Shown in pieces: positions 19,385-28,984 of a DNA stretch of 64,000 nucleotides. How positions within the stretch are numbered: position 1 is the first letter of the stretch; every line of letters begins with the position of its first letter. This DNA is from Spirochaetales bacterium (GTDB taxonomy: Bacteria > Spirochaetota > GWE2-31-10 > MWDO01). Position numbers and translations under genes: made by a program. Below the pieces are notes generated by a model. It did not search any database, was not told the origin of the DNA, and worked only from the letters and a program-made list of their open reading frames with translations. The DNA lies in the NCBI GenBank assembly GCA_017540815.1, contig JAFYAI010000016.1, positions 666-64,665 of the forward strand, given 5' to 3'.

Positions 19385-21514
19385 ATGCAATATGAACTGC
19401 TGTTGGAAAATCTCGACTGCGGCAACTGTGCGGCATATATCGAACGCAAAGTCACAGACCGCCCGGATGTGCAGAATGTCAAACTCAACTTCGTAATGAA
19501 GAAACTCACTCTGCACACAGAGAATGATATTATAAAGGAAGAGATCCAAAAAATATGCGATGAACTTAACGAAGGCATTATCGTTAAAGACTTTAACGGC
19601 GACAATGCAGATGACTCATCCGAAAAGAAAGAGGGTCATCTCCTGCTGTGGATAGCTGCCGCGGTGCAGATCCTCACAATTGTGCTGGAAGTAATATGGC
19701 ACTTCGACAAAACCATAACACTGTTCGGAATGACATTCGCTGTCAAAAGCATCATTCTCCTCGGACTGTCGCTCTTTACAGCGATCGCTTCGGGATATGA
19801 GATATTCATCGGTGGGATAAAAAACCTGATTAAGTTAAACTTCACCGAAGATGTGCTGATGACACTCGCCGTTATACCTGCATTCTGTCTCGGCGAATAT
19901 GTAGAAGGCTCGATGATAACAGTGCTGTTCTCGATCGGTGAGCTGATCGAAGAATACGCCGTAAGCAAATCTCGAAGAGACATCGCAAAGATCGCCGGCA
20001 TTCGTGCCGACACTGCAACAAGGTTAAATTCCGACGGCACAGAAGAGTCAGTCAATGCTCAAGACCTGCAGATCGGCGACACAATACGCATCAAGCCTTA
20101 TGAAAAGCTCGCCGTCGATGGACAGATCATAAGCGGACAATCCTCCATAGATATGTCGGCTCTGACAGGAGAGAGCATTCCGACTGACAAAGGTGTCGGC
20201 GACACAATCCTAAGCGGCTCGATCAACGGCAGCAATATGCTCACTGTCCGTGTTACGAAACTTTTCGGAGACAGCACTGCGACACGCATTCTCAAACTCG
20301 TCGAAGAAGCTGCCTCGGAGAAAAGCCGCGGTGAGAAACTCATAACTCGGTTTGCAAGAGTTTACACTCCGATCGTGATGATTATCGCCGTCCTCATCGC
20401 TGTTCTTCCGCCGATATTCGGACTTGGAACTTGGCAGACTTGGATCTATCGGGCATTGACGGCACTGATCGCTTCGTGTCCGTGTGCGATAGTTATTGCA
20501 GTGCCGCTGGCGTATTTCAGCAGCATTGGAGCGGCATCCAAGACCGGCGTGCTGATCAAAGGCAGCCGTTACATCGAGGCTCTCGCCCATGCCGATACTG
20601 TAGTATTCGACAAGACAGGTACTCTGACTACAGGCAAAATGTCAGTCACAGCAGTTAAATCTCTCTCTCCGTATTATTCCGAGAATGACATACTTGCATT
20701 GGCTGCCTCTGCGGAGAAATATTCGGAGCATCCGATTGCTCAGGCAATTAGAGATGCAATAGATGTTCGTCATGCTGAACTCGATTCAGCATCTCATCAA
20801 TCATACATCCTGACAGACTACTCCGAGAGTGCAGGACACGGTGTGACTGCAAAACTCGGTAGCAATACAGTCTGCGTCGGCGGTCAGAATATCCTGAGCA
20901 GTGCCGACAAAACATTAATCCTGGATGAAAATGTCTTCGTAACATTAGACGGCAGTCTCATCGGCACTCTGACTGTGACCGACACTATCAGAGACGAAGC
21001 GGCTTCTGTCATCCATTCGCTGCGGCAATGCGGCATCCGATATACAGCGATCCTTACAGGCGACAATGCAGCCACAGCCGAGACAGTCCGTCAGACTCTC
21101 GGCATAGACAAGGCCTATGCAAAACTGCTGCCGCAGGATAAGCTGTCGCATATCAAAGAGATAAAGAAGAATGCCAAATCCGTCGTATTCGTAGGAGACG
21201 GCATCAATGATGCACCGATACTGACCGCTGCAGACTGCGGCATAGCAATGGGCTTAGGCAGCGACATAGCACTTGAGTCATCAGATGCAGTTCTCTCATC
21301 CGGCACACTGACACAGCTGCCTACGGCACTTCGCCTTGCGAAGCGAACAGTTGCTACTATTATATCGATTATATCATTTGCACTCGGAGTTAAAGCTCTC
21401 GTTATCATACTCGGTGCATTGGGTTTGTCTCCGCTGTGGCTGGCAGTGCTTGCCGACACAGGATTAACCGTAGCTTGTATCCTTTGGGCTGTAACTGTGC
21501 TGAAAGTGAAGTAA
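19385..21514 (+). CDS. P1B-type heavy-metal (Cd/Zn/Co) translocating ATPase
   Basis: N-terminal CGNCA metal-binding motif, CPC motif (ASCPCAIV), DKTGTLT, GDGINDAP. Confidence 0.9.
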   Translation: MQYELLLENLDCGNCAAYIERKVTDRPDVQNVKLNFVMKKLTLHTENDIIKEEIQKICDELNEGIIVKDFNGDNADDSSEKKEGHLLLWIAAAVQILTIVLEVIWHFDKTITLFGMTFAVKSIILLGLSLFTAIASGYEIFIGGIKNLIKLNFTEDVLMTLAVIPAFCLGEYVEGSMITVLFSIGELIEEYAVSKSRRDIAKIAGIRADTATRLNSDGTEESVNAQDLQIGDTIRIKPYEKLAVDGQIISGQSSIDMSALTGESIPTDKGVGDTILSGSINGSNMLTVRVTKLFGDSTATRILKLVEEAASEKSRGEKLITRFARVYTPIVMIIAVLIAVLPPIFGLGTWQTWIYRALTALIASCPCAIVIAVPLAYFSSIGAASKTGVLIKGSRYIEALAHADTVVFDKTGTLTTGKMSVTAVKSLSPYYSENDILALAASAEKYSEHPIAQAIRDAIDVRHAELDSASHQSYILTDYSESAGHGVTAKLGSNTVCVGGQNILSSADKTLILDENVFVTLDGSLIGTLTVTDTIRDEAASVIHSLRQCGIRYTAILTGDNAATAETVRQTLGIDKAYAKLLPQDKLSHIKEIKKNAKSVVFVGDGINDAPILTAADCGIAMGLGSDIALESSDAVLSSGTLTQLPTALRLAKRTVATIISIISFALGVKALVIILGALGLSPLWLAVLADTGLTVACILWAVTVLKVK

Positions 21515-21519
21515 ATGAC

Positions 21520-21556
21520 AAAAAAACGGATTTTGCAAAGCAAAATCCGTTTTTTG
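21520..21556. terminator. Bidirectional terminator between the ATPase and MCP genes
   Basis: aaaaaaacggattttgcaaagcaaaatccgttttttg. Confidence 0.7.
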
Positions 21557-21571
21557 TTTAACCGGCTAAAC

Positions 21572-24169
21572 TCAATAATCAATACTTTTCAGTATATTCC
21601 TCATCTTGATCTTCTCACCTTCCAGCACATTCTTATTGAGCGTGTAGATACCTGTGTATTTATTATACGAATACTGCGAAGCGAAGAACTCCTTATCATC
21701 ATCACTCTGTATTCGTTTGATGATATTATTCGTGAATTTAGCCGCCCTAACCTTCTCAGGTATCTTTATCAGAGCCTCTTTACGCTCTCCGTGTTTCTTA
21801 ATGCTAAGCTTCTTTTCTTTATTCTTTTCGTTTCGCTCCATATTAAGCTCATCTTCACGGCGTTTACGAGCCTCTTTTTCTTCCTGTTTTTTCTTCTGTG
21901 CGGCGATCTTCTTTTCAGTATTCTCCTGTATCTTCTGTTTCTTGATCTCAGCCATTCGGGCTTTCTCTTCTGGCGTGATGATCTTAATATCAGTAACGAC
22001 TTCCTTGCTTGTAGACTGCAGTTTGAATGCTACAACCAGGTTACGCATCTTCTCAACCTCTTGCGAGAGCTGATTTCGCGTTTTGCCGAGGCTTTCGATA
22101 GATACGATATTCTTATCTGATACATCGGAGAATGAGTTGATGATGTCCATAATGACCTGCGAGCCTTTGGACTCCTCTTCAGTTGCAGTATATATCTGCT
22201 CAACAATGTCGGTAATATCATTGATACTTCCGTTAATCTTATCAAGTGCGTCGATAACTTCTGTAGTCTTATCAACACCTATCTTGATTCGTTTCTCATT
22301 CATCTTGATAAGGTCACCAATCTTATTGGCAGCATCATTAGACTGCAGAGCAAGTTTACGAATCTCAGTAGCAACGACATTGAATCCTTTACCTGCTTCA
22401 CCGGCTCGGCTTGCCTCGATCGCCGCATTAAGTGAGAGCAGTCGAGTCTTTTCAGAGATGTTATTGATGAGCTCTGTGATGAAGTTAATCTCTTTACTTG
22501 TATCAGCTATCTTGTTAATCTCATCAACCATTTCATTGATAACTTCGCCTGAATTCTGTGACTGCTTTTTCGCATTCTCAGCCAGATTAAGCGACTGACG
22601 CACATTCTCGGCGACCTGCTTGATCGAGAAGTTAAGCTGCTCAAATATAGACGAACTTTCGCTGATAGATGCAGCCTGATTCTTAATCGTCGTATCGAAG
22701 TCTTTGATAACACGGTCAAGTGTACTCTGATAGCCGACGAGGTTATTAGATGAACGCTGCACATTGGACAGAACTTCGTTAATAGTTCCGAGCATTCGTT
22801 TGAAGTTTCGATACAGATGACCGATCTCATCTTTAGACTCTGATGTAATCTCTACATCAAGATAACCCTGACTGACTTTGTTTGTCGCATAGTCAAGTGT
22901 AACCAGCGGATATGCCAGTGAGTTACTGATCATGATAGAGATCGGGATGATCGCAGCGATAATCAGCAGCACGATGAGCACAACCTGTCTCAAGATCTTA
23001 TATATAGGCATGTGGATAAGCTGTTTCGGATAGAAGTATACTACTTTAATGCCTGATTTCATATCAGAGAAGTTATTGGTATCGACAATATATGTCAGAT
23101 ATGTATTCTCCCGATGCCGCTCCACTTCATCACCGTTGATGATCTCCTTGCGGACATCTTTGTACTTCATATCGAAATACATACCGAAGTCGCCTTCTTT
23201 AACCTCATTGCCGAGTTTATCTTCGTAGTTGTCATTCAAGACATCAGCAACAAGCCCCTGAGTAAGTATGTCGGGGTTAGTTGTGATCATATTGGTATAA
23301 ATATCAGACTCAGGATCGTTGTCATACTCAGGTTCGAGGACTTTGCCGCCCCAGTTAGAATACATAATCTCATTCTTATAGTCCAATACATATATAGTTC
23401 CACTGGCTATACCGGATATATTCTCCATACATTTGGCAACGAAACCGGAGTCACCTTCATTGTTGAGGATAATCATAACGAAGTTGCGGAAGTCGGTATC
23501 ATCAGGATCGGGAGAACTGTTCTCATCCATAACAGGCCACAGCAGTGTAGTATAAGAGTCTGTTTCTGAGAATGTGGACTTCGCCAATTTACCCATTTTT
23601 ACAGAAGCAGCAGTTTTTACACCTGTTTCGTCGTATTGTCGCTGGACATCCTTAACTGCATCGAGGAACAGAGGATCACTCTCCATCATTGTGCCGACAT
23701 TAGGCTCGATATTGATGTTGGCACCACGCCAAAAAGTATAGCTCTCACCTGTTATGGGGTTATCCAGATAGCGATTGACGATATACGGGATACCAGGAAT
23801 GTTAAGCACAACTGTTAAGTTACGCAGTCCGCGCTTAGTCGCCTCATCTCCAACGATAGCGGTATCTATATCCTTGACCTGAGTTCTATCGGAGAAGCGT
23901 TCCATATACATATTATTCTTGATTTCCGCCGGCTCGATCAAATTCGGGATCTTGTTCGCATAGTCATTATACGACGCATTAATATTCGTCACCGCCTGAA
24001 ACAACAAAGTTTCGTTAAGCAGCAGTTTCTGCCGCTCCAAGTGATTGAAAATTCTTGTCGAAGTATGAGTCAAAACGATTGCAAGCGGAATAATCGCAAT
24101 CGGAATAATCGATAAAATCAATCGCCATTTAATCTTTAATGTTCTTTTTTTTAATAAAGGCATTGTCAA
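21572..24169 (-). CDS. Methyl-accepting chemotaxis protein with an extracytoplasmic sensor, HAMP and MCP signalling domains, and a long K/E-rich C-terminal tail
   Basis: N-terminal TM helix, then a second TM helix. Signalling-domain signature SRAGEAGKGFNVVATEIRKLALQS. Confidence 0.85.
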   Translation of the reverse strand: MTMPLLKKRTLKIKWRLILSIIPIAIIPLAIVLTHTSTRIFNHLERQKLLLNETLLFQAVTNINASYNDYANKIPNLIEPAEIKNNMYMERFSDRTQVKDIDTAIVGDEATKRGLRNLTVVLNIPGIPYIVNRYLDNPITGESYTFWRGANINIEPNVGTMMESDPLFLDAVKDVQRQYDETGVKTAASVKMGKLAKSTFSETDSYTTLLWPVMDENSSPDPDDTDFRNFVMIILNNEGDSGFVAKCMENISGIASGTIYVLDYKNEIMYSNWGGKVLEPEYDNDPESDIYTNMITTNPDILTQGLVADVLNDNYEDKLGNEVKEGDFGMYFDMKYKDVRKEIINGDEVERHRENTYLTYIVDTNNFSDMKSGIKVVYFYPKQLIHMPIYKILRQVVLIVLLIIAAIIPISIMISNSLAYPLVTLDYATNKVSQGYLDVEITSESKDEIGHLYRNFKRMLGTINEVLSNVQRSSNNLVGYQSTLDRVIKDFDTTIKNQAASISESSSIFEQLNFSIKQVAENVRQSLNLAENAKKQSQNSGEVINEMVDEINKIADTSKEINFITELINNISEKTRLLSLNAAIEASRAGEAGKGFNVVATEIRKLALQSNDAANKIGDLIKMNEKRIKIGVDKTTEVIDALDKINGSINDITDIVEQIYTATEEESKGSQVIMDIINSFSDVSDKNIVSIESLGKTRNQLSQEVEKMRNLVVAFKLQSTSKEVVTDIKIITPEEKARMAEIKKQKIQENTEKKIAAQKKKQEEKEARKRREDELNMERNEKNKEKKLSIKKHGERKEALIKIPEKVRAAKFTNNIIKRIQSDDDKEFFASQYSYNKYTGIYTLNKNVLEGEKIKMRNILKSIDY

Positions 24170-24260
24170 TCCCCTCGATATACTAAATCCGTTTCTGATT
24201 GTGAATATACACCAATCATATTATCGAAAAAAAAGAGTTAAATGTTTAGAGAATTTGAAT

Positions 24261-24296
24261 AAAAAAGCACGCAAGTGTGCGTGCGTGCTTTTTTAT
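24261..24296 (-). terminator. Terminator after the GH53 gene
   Basis: aaaaaagcacgcaagtgtgcgtgcgtgcttttttatt. Confidence 0.6.
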
Positions 24297-25549
24297 TCAA
24301 ATTCTTTTATAGATTGCAAAGCTTTGCCTTCTCCATCAAACATACCCCATTTATAGTTGCCGTAGAGATCGCCGCCCCATGCCAAGACTCCGGCAGCACC
24401 TGCGGAGCGGCTTTCTTCCATTATATGTCTTATAATATTAGCCTGATTGGACGGAGTGCCGCAGACATAACTGACTGTTCCGCTCTCAGCGGTTGTCAGA
24501 TCGTAGTAAACGCTGCCGGTATTCGGATCAATCATGTGAATATATGTATTATGCTGAGCGGCATAACCGTCACCTGAGTCATCATGCCAGTGAGCAGAAC
24601 ATTCTGCGACAATAATCTTGACGCCGTATTTCTTAATCTGCCTATCGATTGTCTTCTTCAAAATGGCGATAGTACCGTGATTGGCTTCCCACGGATAATA
24701 AGAGTAACCTATCACATCGAATGGCACTCCGGCATCCTTTATCGGATTGAAGAACCAGCCCCAATCATGATTACCGTCCGAAGCAACATGCAGAACTATA
24801 TTTATTGACTTGTCGAACGCACGCACTGCATCTGCTCCGGCTTTCAGATATTTTGTGAATGTGTCGGGTAAGAAGTCTGTTTCATTTTCATCTCCGTATG
24901 CCCGACCTGCGAACTTAAAACGCTCGTGCTTATTGTTATCAGTGTAGTCAGTCGCCTTATCGACGAGCAATCCGCGGTTGATCTCATTGCCGACCTGCAC
25001 ATACTTCGGAACGATGTTTGCCTGAGTTTTGATCTCATTTAACACGGAAGTCGTGTATTGCGAGAGAGCTTTCGCTATTGCAGTGACACTTTTCAGCGAT
25101 TCCCATTCTTGGGGAACTATCTGCCTGCCCGGATCTGCCCATGTATCGGAATAATGGAAGTCCAGCATCAAATCAAGTCCGGCAGCCTTAATCCGCTTAG
25201 CCATATTTATTGTGCGAGACAGTGTATTGTCTCCGTCGTTAATGCCCTCGGCATACAGACTCGGATTATTCCATATTCGCAGGCGGATTGTATTCACGCC
25301 GTGAGCCTTCAATATATCTAGAAAATCCTTCTCCGTGCCGTCAGTGTCTTTCCAGCGGATATTATATTTCTCCTCATACCAATCGACATACGATGCGTCG
25401 AAGCCTTTGATGAAATCAAAGGCGCTTTCATCCGAAGAAGAGACATTCTTCACAACATCAGCACCGGAATATTCGCTGCATGACGAAATAAGAACAGCTG
25501 CAAATATTGCTGTTACAACAGTAAAAAAAGCGTGTTTCATAGTTATCAT
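24293..25549 (-). CDS. Glycoside hydrolase family 53 endo-beta-1,4-galactanase, exported or lipoprotein
   Basis: DFHYSDTWADP and VQVGNE catalytic motifs. N-terminal signal with LISSCSE lipobox-like cysteine. Confidence 0.88.
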   Translation of the reverse strand: MITMKHAFFTVVTAIFAAVLISSCSEYSGADVVKNVSSSDESAFDFIKGFDASYVDWYEEKYNIRWKDTDGTEKDFLDILKAHGVNTIRLRIWNNPSLYAEGINDGDNTLSRTINMAKRIKAAGLDLMLDFHYSDTWADPGRQIVPQEWESLKSVTAIAKALSQYTTSVLNEIKTQANIVPKYVQVGNEINRGLLVDKATDYTDNNKHERFKFAGRAYGDENETDFLPDTFTKYLKAGADAVRAFDKSINIVLHVASDGNHDWGWFFNPIKDAGVPFDVIGYSYYPWEANHGTIAILKKTIDRQIKKYGVKIIVAECSAHWHDDSGDGYAAQHNTYIHMIDPNTGSVYYDLTTAESGTVSYVCGTPSNQANIIRHIMEESRSAGAAGVLAWGGDLYGNYKWGMFDGEGKALQSIKEFE

Positions 25550-25593
25550 AGTTATATCCTTGTGTGAGACCTAATCTTAGAGTCCCGATATGT

Positions 25594-26865
25594 TCATATC
25601 TCAACTGCTGATACATCCAATTTCCCACTCATCAGCTTGGGCAATAAAGTATCACGAATGATAGATAATTGTCTATTTTGTTTACAGTTTGAAAAGATTT
25701 GTTTGAACAGTGGTTCAACAAATTTTGCAAATTCTTTTACTTTGGGATTTTCTAAATCGTATATCCAGATTGCATTTACATCATTTTGATTTATTCCTGG
25801 GATTGCAGCTTTTCCTCCGTTATTAGCTAACCAGTTCCTTACATATTCTGTGTTGAAATAAAAATATGCGAATTCATTTAAACCTTTATCGTAAAAGTCT
25901 AACTTAAATACGTGTTCGTTTATATAACATTCGTCGTATGGGAAGCCTTCTCCGAACATTGAGAAATGAGGAATAAAGGTTCCTGGTTTACCGCCATCTT
26001 TATACAAGAGTAGTTCATAGCCATTTATTTTTCCTTTTCCTAATGAATCAGCATATTCGCGAGGAATAAACTTATTTGATGAAAAATCGAATACTCCTAA
26101 TTGCTTTACATTTTCGGCACCAATACTTGGTACACCCTCTGCAACTGCACCACCTTTAGGTCTTTTTCCTGTTTCCAAAAGATGAGGAATATCTGCTACT
26201 TGTACCATTTTTAATGAACGAGGAATCATTGTTCCTATTGGAGATTCTATTTTTTCTTCTGTTCCAAATGGTTCAAAGTCCACAAACCAGCTCTTAAATA
26301 TCGCCTGTGCCATCTGCTCCAGATTGTCATTGATCCTGTTATTCAACTCTATCTTGTCGTCGAGGGATGAGAGAATTCGTGCGATTTTTTGCTGGGTGGG
26401 GAGAGGGGGAAGATTTATTGATAGATTTTCTATATCAGATGGTTTTATAGCAGGATAGGCTGAAGTAGTCTGCTCTGCTATTGCATGTAGAGATTCTGTA
26501 TTTTCATTTTTAATTAAATTATAAAAAACAAAATTTGGATCAGCTATTGTTTTGTTAATATGTAATACCGCGAATCCTGTTGATACCAAGAAGTTTTCTG
26601 GTTGTTTTTTTATAATTCCGAAATGTTTCTGGTTAGGACGAACGGTTGAATAAATAATGTCATTAATTTGAACTTTTCTTCTTGCTCGACTAGGTAAAGA
26701 TTCAGAAGATAAATCTATAAATTGAATATCAGAGATTTTGTTTTCTGTAATGTTTCCAGTATCAAGATAATTCACAAAAGTCCAATTATCTTTTTCAGAG
26801 TATGAATTTATATTGGTTTTACATATATCTCCAAGTTTACATTCTTTCCACGCTTCCATTTTCAT
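25594..26865 (-). CDS. hsdS: Type I restriction-modification specificity subunit HsdS, full length with two target-recognition domains. No hsdM or hsdR in the window.
   Basis: Conserved central repeat LPPLPTQQKIARILSSLDDKIELNNRINDNLEQMAQAIF and C-terminal LLPKLMSGKLDV. Confidence 0.85.
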   Translation of the reverse strand: MKMEAWKECKLGDICKTNINSYSEKDNWTFVNYLDTGNITENKISDIQFIDLSSESLPSRARRKVQINDIIYSTVRPNQKHFGIIKKQPENFLVSTGFAVLHINKTIADPNFVFYNLIKNENTESLHAIAEQTTSAYPAIKPSDIENLSINLPPLPTQQKIARILSSLDDKIELNNRINDNLEQMAQAIFKSWFVDFEPFGTEEKIESPIGTMIPRSLKMVQVADIPHLLETGKRPKGGAVAEGVPSIGAENVKQLGVFDFSSNKFIPREYADSLGKGKINGYELLLYKDGGKPGTFIPHFSMFGEGFPYDECYINEHVFKLDFYDKGLNEFAYFYFNTEYVRNWLANNGGKAAIPGINQNDVNAIWIYDLENPKVKEFAKFVEPLFKQIFSNCKQNRQLSIIRDTLLPKLMSGKLDVSAVEI

Positions 26866-27917
26866 TCTCCGCCATGCTGCAACCTGTAAATCTCTTTTTG
26901 CTGTTCAATTTCTGCCTTGAGTTGCTCTTGTGTCGGCAAATATGTCAAATATTTTGCCATAAAAAGATTGTCGCTGTCATGCAGAATTGAATATCGGGCT
27001 ATATCTTCGCTTGTTTCACCGCAGAGCAGAATGCCAATTGTAGGATTGTCACCTGGCTTGCACTTCAATTCATCGTACATTCTGACATACATATCCATTT
27101 GTCCGACATCTTGGTGAGTAACCTTACCCATCTTCAAATCAATCAGCACATAACATTTTAATTCAATATTGTAAAAAACAAGGTCAATAAAATAATCTTC
27201 TGTGTCTGTTACAATGTGCTGCTGGCGGGCGACAAAAGCAAATCCGCGTCCCATTTCCATAAGAAAATCACGAATATGTGAAAGAATTGCACTTTCCAAT
27301 TCTGTTTCTGAAAAAGAATCTTCTGTTCTAAAGCCTAAAAACTCCGCAACTATGGGATTTTTTAGTAATTCAAATTTTTCAGCCTGATATTCACAAGTCT
27401 TTTCTTTCATTTCCGCAATGACTTTTTCTTTTTGGGGAGACTGCAAAAGTCTGTAGTAATATTGAGTGGCAATGTTTCTGTCTAAAGTACGAGAAGCCCA
27501 ATTTTGCTCGCTCGACTCTTTCAAATACCAGAGTCGGGCGTTTTCGTCTGAAACTCGTAGCAATGCACGGTAATGAGTCCATGTAAGATTGTGAACGCAT
27601 GCGTTCACAATTTCTTGGTTGGGAAAATACTCATAAAATTTTCTGTAATAAAAAAGATTCCGCCTGCTGAAATTTTTGCCAAACTCTTTTGTAAGTTCTT
27701 CTGCAAGCATATCAATCAGATGGGTTCCATACTCTGCACGGCTCTTGCCGTTCTGTTCCTGCTCAACTATGCGCTTTCCGATGTTCCAGTAAGTTTGAAT
27801 CATAACAGAGGACACGGCACTGTATGCGGCATTTCGCCCGTCTTGAATTATTTTCTTAATGTCATTTACAAATGTCATCTCTGATTTTTCAAGTTCATTT
27901 TTCATTTTGTCCTCCAA
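26862..27917 (-). CDS. DUF1016 / YhcG-like PD-(D/E)XK nuclease-fold protein. Probable ATG start at 27905.
   Basis: QTYWNIGKRIVEQEQNGKSRAEYGTHLIDMLAEEL N-region and C-terminal FIDLVFYN…LIDLKMGKV nuclease core. Such genes are typically embedded in Type I RM loci. Confidence 0.8.
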   Translation of the reverse strand: MEDKMKNELEKSEMTFVNDIKKIIQDGRNAAYSAVSSVMIQTYWNIGKRIVEQEQNGKSRAEYGTHLIDMLAEELTKEFGKNFSRRNLFYYRKFYEYFPNQEIVNACVHNLTWTHYRALLRVSDENARLWYLKESSEQNWASRTLDRNIATQYYYRLLQSPQKEKVIAEMKEKTCEYQAEKFELLKNPIVAEFLGFRTEDSFSETELESAILSHIRDFLMEMGRGFAFVARQQHIVTDTEDYFIDLVFYNIELKCYVLIDLKMGKVTHQDVGQMDMYVRMYDELKCKPGDNPTIGILLCGETSEDIARYSILHDSDNLFMAKYLTYLPTQEQLKAEIEQQKEIYRLQHGGE

Positions 27918-27952
27918 GTTTACATTCTTTCCACTCTTCCATTCCCCCCCCC
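27912..27952 (-). repeat. hsdS 5'-end remnant (31/33 nt identical to the first 11 codons of hsdS) directly preceded by a 9-nt poly-G tract (poly-C on + at 27944-27952)
   Basis: Minus strand reads GGGGGGGGG a ATGGAAGAGTGGAAAGAATGTAAACTTGGAG. hsdS reads ATGGAAGCGTGGAAAGAATGTAAACTTGGAG. Confidence 0.85.
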
Positions 27953-27992
27953 TATGGTTTTAACCGCAAGCCAAAGGCGAGTCGGCTCACAA

Positions 27993-28880
27993 TCACACAT
28001 TTTTCAACAGATGCTCTATCAGAGCGGCATCCAGAACTTCAAAGGCAAAGCATTTTTTGCCCAAATCTTTGAGCGACGCACCAATATGATACAATGCTTT
28101 CTGGTCGATTATCTTAAAGCGATCGTGCATTTTTGTTGTATGTTTTACTGTGAGCGTCGGGTACTGAGCATTGAACTTCCGGATGTCCTGTGCTGTCAGT
28201 TTTGTTTGTGGGTCGGTATAAATGATGGCGTTTACATTTTTCTTTTTCTTGGCAAGGCGTTCCAAAACGCTCATATCCACATAGTTGTCTATCAGAATTA
28301 TTTCCTGCTTAGCCTGTGCAATAAAGCTTTCAAACTTTGCGTAAGCGTCAAAAATCTGCCCCTGAAAGAAAATTCCCTGAGTGTCTTTTACATTGTATTT
28401 GTCGATTAAGTCGAATAACTCTTCAACCTTTTTATCCGTTTCCTTTTGATGAATATTCGTATCCAAGAGTTGCTTTTTTATCGTATTGATTTCTGCAAAC
28501 ACCTGCACATTGCTCTGAAAAAAGTGTCGCATCGCTACAAACGCCCGCATAATCTGAATGTTGACTTCCACTGCGGTCTGACTCTTCAGAACTGACGAAA
28601 GCATGGCAACCCCCTGTTCCGTAAAGGCATAAGGCATTGTCGAAGAATGTTTCATTGTCTCGAACCGGTCACAATTTGTGACCAGTTCCTCTTTCTCTGT
28701 TTCGTTCAAAGAAAACATAAAATCTTCAGGAAATCTTTCAATATTCCTTTTTACCGCCTGATTCAGAACTTTTGTTTCTGTTCCATACAGCTCCGCCAGG
28801 TCACGGTCAATCATCACCTGCTGATTTCTGATTGTGAGAATTTTTGATTCTATCGTCTTTGCCGTGATTTCGTTGTCCAT
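27993..28880 (-). CDS. ORF6N-domain protein (KilA-N / Bro-N related DNA-binding N-domain)
   Basis: ILTIRNQQVMIDRDLAELYGTETKVLNQAVKRNIERFPEDFMFSL matches the ORF6N signature. Confidence 0.75.
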   Translation of the reverse strand: MDNEITAKTIESKILTIRNQQVMIDRDLAELYGTETKVLNQAVKRNIERFPEDFMFSLNETEKEELVTNCDRFETMKHSSTMPYAFTEQGVAMLSSVLKSQTAVEVNIQIMRAFVAMRHFFQSNVQVFAEINTIKKQLLDTNIHQKETDKKVEELFDLIDKYNVKDTQGIFFQGQIFDAYAKFESFIAQAKQEIILIDNYVDMSVLERLAKKKKNVNAIIYTDPQTKLTAQDIRKFNAQYPTLTVKHTTKMHDRFKIIDQKALYHIGASLKDLGKKCFAFEVLDAALIEHLLKNV

Positions 28881-28984
28881 ATTTCATTCCTTTATATTGC
28901 CGCCTTTCCATTTTTTTTTGCCTCCAAAATTTGTCCTAATTTTGGGGGTCAGTTCAACCCGCGGATAGGGGCAGAGGGTGAGGT

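Noticed and set aside
21515-22120. 201-aa and 139-aa + strand ORFs
   Set aside because: Antisense to the 3' part of the MCP gene. Leu/Phe/Ser-rich translation reflects the complementary K/E-rich coding sequence.
25594-26865. Calling a complete Type I RM system
   Set aside because: Only hsdS plus accessory genes are present. No hsdM or hsdR, no N6-MTase motifs in neighbouring ORFs. The THUMP methyltransferase next to metG is an RNA-MTase type.
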